A stretch of 39,438 bases of DNA from a virus (IMGVR_UViG_3300021510_000002:1-39438), one strand, 5' to 3'. Shown: positions 1 to 6,986, numbered from the stretch's first letter. Translations and numbers: made by a program. The notes: generated by a model not told the origin, from the sequence alone.

Positions 1-6
1 AATAAC

Positions 7-198
7 ATGGAATCCAGCATCATAGCGATCGTAGTCATCGTCATTATTGCGGCACTGCTTTGGTATGCCAATGCCCAGCTTGCACCACCCGCACCAATAC
101 AGCGCATCATAGCAGTCGCTATTGTCGTGATTGCGGGTCTTATGCTTATCAGTCCTCTCAAGTCGCTTCTTCTGGCATCAATGCACGGGGCCTCTTGA
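7..198 (+). CDS. small two-TM membrane protein (holin-like candidate)
   Basis: 63 aa with two long hydrophobic stretches separated by PPAP; lies in the late/lysis block. Confidence 0.6.
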   Translation: MESSIIAIVVIVIIAALLWYANAQLAPPAPIQRIIAVAIVVIAGLMLISPLKSLLLASMHGAS

Positions 199-398
199 GT
201 ACAGTCGCCTACATAGCCTCTTTTCTTCTGGGCATGGGCCTTGGCTGGATTTTATGCCACTTGAAGTTCAGCGGCCTCGAATCCGACATCGCTCACTTGG
301 AAGACGTGATAGAAGAACTGGAGGAGAAGCTTCTTAAGCTTCCTAAGGAGAAGTCACATGGCGTTCAAAGCCAGGCCAAAAAGACAGACGCCAATTAG
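195..398 (+). CDS. TM plus coiled-coil small protein
   Basis: TTG at 195 overlaps the upstream stop (TTGA); hydrophobic N-terminus then heptads LESDIAHLEDVIEELEEKL. Confidence 0.55.
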   Translation: MSTVAYIASFLLGMGLGWILCHLKFSGLESDIAHLEDVIEELEEKLLKLPKEKSHGVQSQAKKTDAN

Positions 399-885
399 AC
401 AGCTGGAGTCCAGGCTCTGCCACATCGAGAAGAAACTGGATCTTCTGAACCTAGCCATGCACTTCATCAACAAAAAGCTGGATAAGCTTGGGACTGTGTC
501 CCTTGCCAAAGCCGGCTTTACATACAAGGTACGCATACAAGGCAAAAAGGAGACCTACATGCCACTAGAAGTTACCCTGACCAATGAACAGAAGCTTAAC
601 GTGACGCTCTCACCTGTCACGGCAACCGGAAAGACCGCAAAGCTTGACGGCGCACCCGAATGGGTCGTGTCCTCAGGCCCCGCGACCCTGGTTACCTCAC
701 CCGACGGCCTCTCAAGCGACATCGTCTCATCCGATGAAGACCTGACGGACACGATCGTTCAGGTCAATGCGGACGCAGACCTCGGTCAAGGTGTCGAGAC
801 CATCTCCGACACCATCACGGTGCACACCATTCATGCCAATGCCTCAAACCTTGGCCTGACTGCCGGAGCGCCTGTAGCAAAGTAA
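358..885 (+). CDS. coiled-coil plus Ig-like beta-sandwich protein
   Basis: AAGGAG before ATG358; a second AAGGAG precedes the in-frame ATG559; the C-terminal 108 aa are beta-rich (PEWVVSS, VQVNADADLG). Confidence 0.65.
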   Translation: MAFKARPKRQTPIRQLESRLCHIEKKLDLLNLAMHFINKKLDKLGTVSLAKAGFTYKVRIQGKKETYMPLEVTLTNEQKLNVTLSPVTATGKTAKLDGAPEWVVSSGPATLVTSPDGLSSDIVSSDEDLTDTIVQVNADADLGQGVETISDTITVHTIHANASNLGLTAGAPVAK

Positions 886-893
886 ACCGGTCT

Positions 894-972
894 TGGGATA
901 CCTGCCAGGAGGCGCCTGGTAAGCTTACTAAGGAGCTTACATCGGCAGGATGCCAATCCTGCTATCCCACCA
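894..972 (+). ncRNA. tRNA-shaped four-way-junction structure ending in CCA (not a canonical tRNA)
   Basis: TGGGATA 894-900 pairs with TATCCCA 963-969, then CCA; three internal hairpins; intergenic. Confidence 0.35.
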
Positions 973-990
973 CCTTAAGAAAGGAGTCCT

Positions 991-1197
991 ATGTCAGTCA
1001 ACGACTGGATTAAATCTAAGTCCACCATGTTTGGTATTGTCTCAGGCATCCTTGCGTTCCTACTCTTGGCAGTTGATACCATGAAAGACGGCATCCAAGC
1101 CTCAGACTTGCCAGTCATTCTTGGCGGCTTTGCCGTCCTCATGGGTCTCCTCGGTCTAAAGGCCGTACATGACGAGGTAGGTGCGATAAAAAAGTAG
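991..1197 (+). CDS. holin-like two-TM protein
   Basis: AAGGAG RBS; WIKSKSTMFGIV start, two TM helices, basic C-terminus. Confidence 0.7.
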   Translation: MSVNDWIKSKSTMFGIVSGILAFLLLAVDTMKDGIQASDLPVILGGFAVLMGLLGLKAVHDEVGAIKK

Positions 1198-1230
1198 CAA
1201 AGCTTATCCAGCTACTTGTCTGGATAGCTA
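1174..1230 (+). promoter_or_regulatory. candidate programmed -1 ribosomal frameshift signal
   Basis: GAGGT 1174-1178, A_AAA_AAG 1188-1194 in frame directly before TAG, hairpin AGCT-TATCCAG/CTGGATA-GCT starting at 1201. Confidence 0.6.
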
Positions 1231-1457
1231 AGACGTTTAAGGATGTCACATGGTCGCGAGGAAATCTTGTTACGCCTGGAGGCAGACAGTTTGAAGGCTT
1301 CATTATCAAGGTGGGATCACTTAGTGACCCGGCAGAAACCATGCGTACCTATGCTGACATTGACCGCATCTTTAAGGCAGACCTAGGAAGCTTCATCTTG
1401 CATGAGGAAAGAGACTCTGCCGGGCACTTCAAAGCGTTTGGCGTCAGGACAAGCTAA
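1194..1457 (+). CDS. 87-codon -1 frame extension of the holin-like gene (or separate gene with non-canonical start)
   Basis: Frame open from 1173 to TAA 1455-1457 with no ATG/GTG/TTG near its 5' end; reads VAKLIQLLVWIAKTFKDVTW...FGVRTS. Confidence 0.6.
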   Translation, partial: VAKLIQLLVWIAKTFKDVTWSRGNLVTPGGRQFEGFIIKVGSLSDPAETMRTYADIDRIFKADLGSFILHEERDSAGHFKAFGVRTS

Positions 1458-1501
1458 GTGAGTCACTATGCTGACTTATGCTTCCAAGATTTGTAAGGCA
1501 T

Positions 1502-1621
1502 TTATTCTTCTTTAAACCACTCGCCACCTGGCAATGCAAACTCTACCATCCCGCATTGGTAGCATTCTCTGACTAGCTGCCAGTCTGAAGCATAGAACTC
1601 ATGCCATACATGCTCACACAT
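1502..1621 (-). CDS. 39-aa putative Zn-binding micro-protein
   Basis: MCEHVW...RECYQCG; ATG immediately follows the stop of the upstream gene. Confidence 0.5.
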   Translation of the reverse strand: MCEHVWHEFYASDWQLVRECYQCGMVEFALPGGEWFKEE

Positions 1622-2041
1622 CTATCTGACCAGTAACACAGGCAGGAGTGATAGCTGGAATAGAAGCACTACTGTGAGCTTCACTAACAGCCCGCCCCAG
1701 TAATCCGTCAGTCCCAGCTTGTAAACCTTAGACCCAAGCCAACTGCCGGCATCTCCTGTACTAAAGTCAGGGTAGCCATCTCCCAGACTCAATACCGCAA
1801 AGCCTACCGGAAGCATTGCCACATACCACCAATGAAAGCCCAGTGTCAGGCTTGTTACAAGAAAGGCAAGTAGCGGCACTCCCAGCCTCCTTATCACCTT
1901 CTCAAACGTCCCCCCGCACCACCAGAGGAGGCCGGTAAGGAAGCTCAGGCATAGCCCGACCAAGATGCCCAGCTTAAGCCATAGCAGGCTTACAGCAAAG
2001 AAGCCCACAAGAAACTCGGTCTTATTAAACCTCTCAATCAT
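1622..2041 (-). CDS. multi-pass membrane protein
   Basis: 139 aa, mostly hydrophobic; GAGGAG RBS. Confidence 0.7.
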   Translation of the reverse strand: MIERFNKTEFLVGFFAVSLLWLKLGILVGLCLSFLTGLLWWCGGTFEKVIRRLGVPLLAFLVTSLTLGFHWWYVAMLPVGFAVLSLGDGYPDFSTGDAGSWLGSKVYKLGLTDYWGGLLVKLTVVLLFQLSLLPVLLVR

Positions 2042-2104
2042 GCCTGTCTCCTCGACTTACCCTGCCAAGGCATAACACCTCGGCAGGGCTTCAGTCTTAG
2101 TTTC

Positions 2105-2248
2105 TTACTCTTCCGTCTCTACGATCTCAAGCTCTGTATCCAGAAGCTCCTTCACCGCCTCTAGAGCCGCTACCGCCTTCTCAAGATTCTTACCGATCCC
2201 TGCCACAAGCTTATCCACATCCTTCTTCGCGTACTGCTCTTTTGCCAT
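2105..2248 (-). CDS. 47-aa helical protein
   Basis: AGGAGG RBS; MAKEQYAKKDVDKLVAG...IVETEE. Confidence 0.6.
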   Translation of the reverse strand: MAKEQYAKKDVDKLVAGIGKNLEKAVAALEAVKELLDTELEIVETEE

Positions 2249-2284
2249 CTCTTTCCTCCTTTTGGTTTACCTGCCTTGTTATGT

Positions 2285-2353
2285 CTACCTAGTCACTCTA
2301 ATCTTATCCATTACAGCCTTTATCACGTTGACTGTCACAGCGTTCCCAAGACA
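2285..2353 (-). pseudogene. orphaned 3' end (motif X) of a C5 DNA methyltransferase
   Basis: Translates CLGNAVTVNVIKAVMDKIRVTR-stop, paralleling TLGNAVSVPVIKAIAERI at the end of the MTase upstream. Confidence 0.8.
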
Positions 2354-2826
2354 TATCTTCCATCATTGAATTTTACAATCCCTGACTCACACAATTTCCG
2401 TGCTATCAGTTCTAAAGATACATGAATGTTTTTGTGTTCTTGATGGTCTTTGCAGAGATAGAGGTTCTCAGGAGAGTTATTCATCCTATTGAAGTCGATG
2501 TGGTGTATCGGCTGATTCTTATTAATGGCTCTGCCATACTTTTTCTCAGCGATTAAGATGTGTTCAAACACTCTGTTGTTGTTTAAAACTCGGTGGTGAT
2601 TTGGAGCATAAACAGTCCAATAGCCGGACTTAGGACTTCTCCCGCCTTTCCATCCAGAATGCTCTGACCCTTTCCCACTACGCATTTTGAAATCATGTCT
2701 TTTAAGGACACGAGTCACAGAGGTTGCATAAAGACTCATTGAGTTGGCTATCGAAGTGGCTGACTCTCCTTTTACAAATCTTTTAATCATTTCTACTTGC
2801 TTTACTTCTGGATGTTGTCTTGACAT
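2335..2826 (-). CDS. HNH homing endonuclease with N-terminal HTH
   Basis: RVFEHILIAE...IHHIDFNRMNNSPENL HNH motif; AT-rich relative to its neighbours. Confidence 0.85.
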   Translation of the reverse strand: MSRQHPEVKQVEMIKRFVKGESATSIANSMSLYATSVTRVLKRHDFKMRSGKGSEHSGWKGGRSPKSGYWTVYAPNHHRVLNNNRVFEHILIAEKKYGRAINKNQPIHHIDFNRMNNSPENLYLCKDHQEHKNIHVSLELIARKLCESGIVKFNDGRYVLGTL

Positions 2827-3930
2827 GAGAATATCCTTTCTGCAATAGCTTTGATGACAGGAACACTTACCGCATTTCCTAAGGTTTTATACCTCTGGCT
2901 GTCAGAGATGCCCTCTGTCCACCCATCAGGAAAGCCTTGCAGTCTCGCACATTCAACTGGAGTCAGCCTTCGAATTTTCATATTATGTTCTAGGTATCCG
3001 CTACTCCAACCAATATCCCTTTTACGATTCGGATTACCGCCACCAGCTCCTAAAGTTGGAAATAATCCTTGCGAATTATAAACATTACCGCTTTGCCCTC
3101 TGCCACTCGGATTTTTATTACCAACCGCATACAATCCGGTCTTAGCCCCTAAGCCACCGCCATTAGCATTTAATGTTGACCCTACACCTTGCGGATTATA
3201 GATTCTTCCCCATAAACTGTTATGCCCCTGTTGGTCAATATTTCCAACTTGAATCATTGAGTCAATGGCTGTGCTGATATTTTCCCCGCTATCCGTTTCA
3301 TTACTTCCTCTGACAGGAAATACTTGGGGTTTACTTGTTCCTCCAAGATGTCCGACAATGAACACTCTTTCCCTGTTTTGCGGCACTCCGAAGTCCTTGC
3401 TGTTAAGTACCTGCCATTCGAGAAAATACCCCAAGTCAGAAAGGGTTGAGAGAATACATCCAAAGGTTCTCCCGTTATCGTGTGAGAGAAGTCCTTTGAC
3501 GTTTTCCAGGAACAGTAACTGAGGTCTTTTAACCCTAGCGACCCTAGCGATGTCAAAGAAGAGTGTTCCCCTAGTATCTTCAAATCCTCCTCTTTTCCCA
3601 GCAATAGAGAAAGCCTGGCAAGGGAAGCCTCCGCAGAGCATATCGAAGTCCGGGAGTTCTTCTGGAACAATTCGCCTTGCGTCTCCATAGCTCGTATGTT
3701 CCTTGAAGTGTCTCTTGTAGATTTGGATGGCGTATTTGTCAATCTCTGAGTATCCGATACATACTGGGGAGGGCCTGCTTGGAGACAGAACATCATGTCC
3801 TCCTTCATCAAGGTTCCTGTCCCTCCCTTGCCCGTTTTTGACGACCTCGGAAGATTGTTTATCGCTATAGGCTTGCTCAATCCCAAGCTCAAAATCCCCC
3901 GATACCAGAGAACATGCTGAAATATCTCAT
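2802..3930 (-). CDS. dcm: C5 cytosine DNA methyltransferase, about 375 aa if a +1 shift occurs at TTT-TGA (3894-3889)
   Basis: Motif I FSGIGGF after a GAAAGGAG RBS; the +1 frame continues ELGI...SEIDKYA...GGFPCQ, ENVKG, QNRERVF, RRLTPVECARLQGFP, LGNAV. Confidence 0.85.
3254..3892 (-). CDS. overprinted alternative-frame ORF (M.EcoHK31I beta-like polypeptide)
   Basis: 212 open codons inside dcm; METQGELF, WKTSK and SLSDILEEQVNPKYFLS motifs; start may be 3892 or 3688. Confidence 0.65.
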   Translation of the reverse strand: MSLGLSKPIAINNLPRSSKTGKGGTGTLMKEDMMFCLQAGPPQYVSDTQRLTNTPSKSTRDTSRNIRAMETQGELFQKNSRTSICSAEASLARLSLLLGKEEDLKILGEHSSLTSLGSLGLKDLSYCSWKTSKDFSHTITGEPLDVFSQPFLTWGIFSNGRYLTARTSECRKTGKECSLSDILEEQVNPKYFLSEEVMKRIAGKISAQPLTQ

Positions 3931-3943
3931 CGTATCGCTCCTT

Positions 3944-4111
3944 TCATTTAACCGGCCGCCCAAACACCTTCTTCCAAGCCTCCTTAAACTCAGGCTTAGT
4001 GCAGCACCTATCCTCACAGCAACCATGTATGCCGCCGTGCCCGACGCCATGTTCACATTCGAGTTCCTGCTTGCCATCATGTCTCTTATACTCTTTCCAG
4101 GAAGGCTTCAT
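3944..4111 (-). CDS. 55-aa Cys/His-rich micro-protein (MKPSW...)
   Basis: CEHGVGH...HGCCEDRCC; ATGA overlap with the upstream gene. Confidence 0.6.
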   Translation of the reverse strand: MKPSWKEYKRHDGKQELECEHGVGHGGIHGCCEDRCCTKPEFKEAWKKVFGRPVK

Positions 4112-4212
4112 TTGAGCATCCAACGGATACACGGGAAGAAAACCAGCGATAAAGCCATGATGCCTAGCATGATAAACATAGCTAGAATGACTTCCTTCCT
4201 TTCTGGCTTCAT
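4108..4212 (-). CDS. 34-aa single-TM micro-protein (MKPER...)
   Basis: ATGA overlaps at both ends; hydrophobic core VILAMFIMLGIMALSLVFF. Confidence 0.55.
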   Translation of the reverse strand: MKPERKEVILAMFIMLGIMALSLVFFPCIRWMLK

Positions 4213-4388
4213 GGCTTCTTCAGTTTCTCCAAAGCCTGCATTGCGACAGTACGGCACCCCGCACGGCCCAATAAGTCGCTTTCTGCGATTTCCTTCAGGG
4301 CCTCTATTGCCATCTGCTTCTCAAGAACCAGCTTATTGATGGCATCCAGGAGTTCTTCCCTTGTTGCTATTCTATGCTCAGGTTTCAT
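4209..4388 (-). CDS. 59-aa helical protein (MKPEH...)
   Basis: Open frame ending EKLKKP-TGA, overlapping the next ATG; GAGGAAG upstream. Confidence 0.55.
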   Translation of the reverse strand: MKPEHRIATREELLDAINKLVLEKQMAIEALKEIAESDLLGRAGCRTVAMQALEKLKKP

Positions 4389-4668
4389 GCTTCTTCCTCT
4401 CCTCCATCATCGCATCCGCATACTCGAACGCCAACTTCGCCAGCCACTTAATCATCTCACTCTCTGTCGTACCGCGCTCTATTGCCTCTCCATGCACGAT
4501 GGGGGCGTGGGCGGCGAAGTAGTCTCTCCTTTCCGACACATTGTAGAAAACGTCTTTTCGATCCAAAGCTTTCTTAATAGCCAGCTTCAGTTGAACACAT
4601 GACACATTCTTTCTTCTGGAAGAAACAGCTAATTCCTCTGCTATTTGTTCATTTGTCATGGGATTCAT
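4378..4668 (-). CDS. hypothetical phage protein
   Basis: GAGG RBS; RDYFAA...AFEYADAMM motif common in small phage proteins. Confidence 0.65.
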   Translation of the reverse strand: MNPMTNEQIAEELAVSSRRKNVSCVQLKLAIKKALDRKDVFYNVSERRDYFAAHAPIVHGEAIERGTTESEMIKWLAKLAFEYADAMMEERKKHET

Positions 4669-4671
4669 GCC

Positions 4672-4896
4672 TCACGGGTTCCGCTCTCCTAAAGCCCTTA
4701 TCGCATTGGCCATCGCTCCGATGTAAGGATCTCCGACCCAATCGTCGGCAACCTCAGCACATTCGGAAATAATCTCCTTTCTGATTTCAAGAAGCTTTTC
4801 TGTCAAAAACTCTTCCGGCGAATCAGATAATCCTAGTTTAGAGAGACCATATAAAATCTCTCTGGCTCGCGCCGCGTAATCGTGGCTCACTTCCAT
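4672..4896 (-). CDS. hypothetical phage protein
   Basis: ECAEVAD...ANAIRAL motif typical of small phage ORFs; part of a contiguous gene chain. Confidence 0.6.
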   Translation of the reverse strand: MEVSHDYAARAREILYGLSKLGLSDSPEEFLTEKLLEIRKEIISECAEVADDWVGDPYIGAMANAIRALGERNP

Positions 4897-5210
4897 TCAT
4901 CCCGTGTTGGGTCTATCGTTTCTGAGCTAACCTTTTCTGTGCGGCTTAGTTTCCGCTTGAGACATTTAATATCTTCCATAAGCTCCTTGTTTTTAATGGC
5001 TAGTTTCAACACATCATCAAGTGCAGGCAAGGCCATTTCTTTATCATGCGACTCATCTAGGCCATACCCCAAAGCATAGGTACTGCACCCTCCAAGATTC
5101 CAGAGATACCTCTCAATCCTGGCTTTAAGATTATTGTTTTCCTGTTTAAGCTCATTGATTATTTGGATACAGCTCTCATGGCCTAGAGTGTCAGGAGTGT
5201 CTGGTATCAT
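4887..5210 (-). CDS. hypothetical coiled-coil protein
   Basis: 107 aa; AAGGA RBS; ATGA overlap. Confidence 0.6.
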   Translation of the reverse strand: MIPDTPDTLGHESCIQIINELKQENNNLKARIERYLWNLGGCSTYALGYGLDESHDKEMALPALDDVLKLAIKNKELMEDIKCLKRKLSRTEKVSSETIDPTRDEWK

Positions 5211-5308
5211 TTGTTTCCTTTCTTCTTCACTGCCTTAACCATCCTGTCAAAGCCGGCTATGCTCTCAGTCCTTGCCTTGGACTGCTTGGGCTTCTTTCTA
5301 GGCTTCAT
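5207..5308 (-). CDS. 33-aa basic micro-protein (MKPRKKPKQSK...)
   Basis: AAGGA RBS; ATGA overlaps at both ends. Confidence 0.55.
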   Translation of the reverse strand: MKPRKKPKQSKARTESIAGFDRMVKAVKKKGNK

Positions 5309-5484
5309 TTTTCCTTTGCGGCAGTATCCACTTCCGAAAGCCCTGTTATTCTTAACCCTCCGTTGACTGACATGGCAAGTTTCCAGTGGCTCAAAGACCA
5401 CCATTTCTTTGGAATCAAAATAACTTGGAAGATTCCTCCACCATCATTCATCCAATGAAAAGAGTCTGGAAGTTCTGAGGTCAA
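5305..5484 (-). CDS. hypothetical protein
   Basis: TTGA overlap with the upstream stop; fills the gene chain. Confidence 0.5.
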   Translation of the reverse strand: MTSELPDSFHWMNDGGGIFQVILIPKKWWSLSHWKLAMSVNGGLRITGLSEVDTAAKEK

Positions 5485-5699
5485 AAAAGCTCCCAATATC
5501 TTTCATTGATTATTCTGACATATCGGGGATTCATACTTTCTGATAAAAGCCTCTCAATAAACTCTTGCCCCCTGGCTCTTGCGTAAGCAAAGAAGATTTC
5601 CTGCCCTTCTTTTTTCCACCAATCCTCAAACCAGTCGCCATATTTGAGGTGCTTGTCAAAGCACCATACGGCAAACTTCTCATAGGTTTCCGGTGTCAT
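5481..5699 (-). CDS. hypothetical aromatic-rich protein
   Basis: 72 aa; ATGA overlap. Confidence 0.6.
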   Translation of the reverse strand: MTPETYEKFAVWCFDKHLKYGDWFEDWWKKEGQEIFFAYARARGQEFIERLLSESMNPRYVRIINERYWELF

Positions 5700-5848
5700 T
5701 TGTCACCAGGCGCTTCCTCATACCTCCCACACCTCGAAGACCCGCTTATAACGCCGCCGCACCAGACATTGCCTTGACAGCCAAAGACAAGGTGTGAGGT
5801 CTTGGCATGGCCGCAAGCGCACTGCTTGGGCTTCTTTCTAGGCTTCAC
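5696..5848 (-). CDS. 50-aa Zn-finger-like micro-protein (MKPRKKPKQCACGH...)
   Basis: GTG start within the repeat; CxCGH...H...C...C...C. Confidence 0.55.
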   Translation of the reverse strand: MKPRKKPKQCACGHAKTSHLVFGCQGNVWCGGVISGSSRCGRYEEAPGDK

Positions 5849-6092
5849 TTGAAAGCTTCTTAATTGAATCAAGCATGGTTTCGCGACACACATTCCATCC
5901 ATCATCGTTACGCCTGAACTCCCAGCTAGAAACTTCTACCCTGTCAGGGATCATCTCCTTAAACAAAGCTATGATGGCAACAGTAGCCTCCTCCACTCGA
6001 AGCGTGTCCTCATCTATGGCATATCCAGAGTTCTTGACGCCCTGTTTATAAACCTTAGTTAGAATCTCCTCCAGCTTCTTTCTAGGCTTCAT
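5838..6092 (-). CDS. hypothetical phage protein (MKPRKKL...)
   Basis: 84 aa; DGWNVCR motif; ATGA overlap. Confidence 0.6.
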   Translation of the reverse strand: MKPRKKLEEILTKVYKQGVKNSGYAIDEDTLRVEEATVAIIALFKEMIPDRVEVSSWEFRRNDDGWNVCRETMLDSIKKLSSEA

Positions 6093-6322
6093 GGCTTATT
6101 GTTCCTAACAGTCTTTCTAATCAGCTCATCCACCATACTGTCCGGGCTGAATCGATACTTCACCCCCACCCTAATGTAAGAGACCTGCTTATTCCGAGCT
6201 AACCTGTACAGCGTCATAGGATGAACCTTAAGTATCCTTGCCATCTCCTTCAATCCGACAAATGGCGATGGGAAGCGGTCTTCTGGCCTGGCCATCCTAT
6301 CTAAGACTGGGCCTTCACCCAA
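6089..6322 (-). CDS. excisionase-like HTH DNA-binding protein
   Basis: GLKEMARILKVHPMTLYRLAR...IRVGVKYRF (HTH_17 pattern). Confidence 0.85.
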   Translation of the reverse strand: MGEGPVLDRMARPEDRFPSPFVGLKEMARILKVHPMTLYRLARNKQVSYIRVGVKYRFSPDSMVDELIRKTVRNNKP

Positions 6323-6479
6323 TCACCTTCCTCCTAAAACACCCATTAACACACAGCCTAAACTGTCTATTGGGTGAGAGAGTAACCGAGTAATGCTTAC
6401 ACTGCGGGCAAGGCTCAATATTACGCTTCTTAAAGTCACGAAGCTCTTCTTTAGAGAACTTGTAAGGCTTAGTTCTCAC
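6315..6479 (-). CDS. small Zn-ribbon protein
   Basis: GTGA overlap; CPQC...CVNGC. Confidence 0.5.
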   Translation of the reverse strand: MRTKPYKFSKEELRDFKKRNIEPCPQCKHYSVTLSPNRQFRLCVNGCFRRKVIG

Positions 6480-6691
6480 AGGCTCACCACCCACCTTACT
6501 GCCACATAAAGCCCCACACCAAAGAGACAGGTGATAGCAATAACACTCATCGTGATAAACCAGAAGAATAAGACCTCGTCCCAGGCTATGGCCTGCCACC
6601 ATCTTCTGCCACCCTGCCTCTCATACCTGTCATAGCGCTTAACCTTCTCGTCCAGGTAGCTCACCGACTGAGCCAGTGAACCAAGAGCCAT
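6476..6691 (-). CDS. small membrane protein
   Basis: C-terminal hydrophobic helix. Confidence 0.5.
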   Translation of the reverse strand: MALGSLAQSVSYLDEKVKRYDRYERQGGRRWWQAIAWDEVLFFWFITMSVIAITCLFGVGLYVAVRWVVSL

Positions 6692-6749
6692 GACGCAATG
6701 ACAGCCACGATACTAGCCATGATCATGAAGACCTCCCAGCCATCCTTCT

Positions 6750-6974
6750 TCATGCCAGCCCATCCCACCTGACCTTCTCCTCCGCCTCTTGCCTCGTCAT
6801 CTTCTTATTCTTGGCCATCACTAGCCCCACCATAGCCTCCTTATACCCAAACTCTCCCTTGTGACATTTACAGATACACATGAGGACGGTGCAGGCGTCA
6901 TGAAGCTTCTTCTTACATGAGTACCCAAGATGAGGCTTACATTCCCTATGTGTGCCATTGCCGGGCTTTCTCAA
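6750..6974 (-). CDS. Cys/His-rich small protein
   Basis: C...H..C....CICKCH. Confidence 0.55.
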   Translation of the reverse strand: MRKPGNGTHRECKPHLGYSCKKKLHDACTVLMCICKCHKGEFGYKEAMVGLVMAKNKKMTRQEAEEKVRWDGLA

Positions 6975-6986
6975 AGCAGATATTTC

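Larger units (their letters stand above)
5281..6091. repeat. dispersed direct repeats at gene starts: 27 bp identical at 5281-5307 and 5821-5847, 18 bp core also at 6074-6091
   Basis: actgcttgggcttctttctaggcttca read directly; encodes (M/V)KPRKK on the minus strand. Confidence 0.9.

Noticed and set aside
894-972. Canonical tRNA gene
   Set aside because: No TTC T-loop, no 7-nt anticodon loop and no discriminator base; kept only as a tRNA-like candidate.
2335-2826. Group I intron around the HNH gene
   Set aside because: The upstream MTase already has a complete motif X and stop, and there is no non-coding room for a ribozyme core.
3889-3891. TGA or TAG stop-codon reassignment
   Set aside because: Read-through of this TGA does not restore the MTase frame, and long genes end normally at TAA, TAG and TGA.
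3914-4602. Plus-strand ORFs 3914-4339 and 4336-4602, and similar antisense ORFs across the window
   Set aside because: They shadow tightly coupled opposite-strand genes and have no RBS or recognisable motifs.
5281-6091. Repeats considered as a CRISPR array or att sites
   Set aside because: Only two or three copies, irregular spacing of hundreds of bases, all coding gene starts, and no cas or integrase gene in the window.
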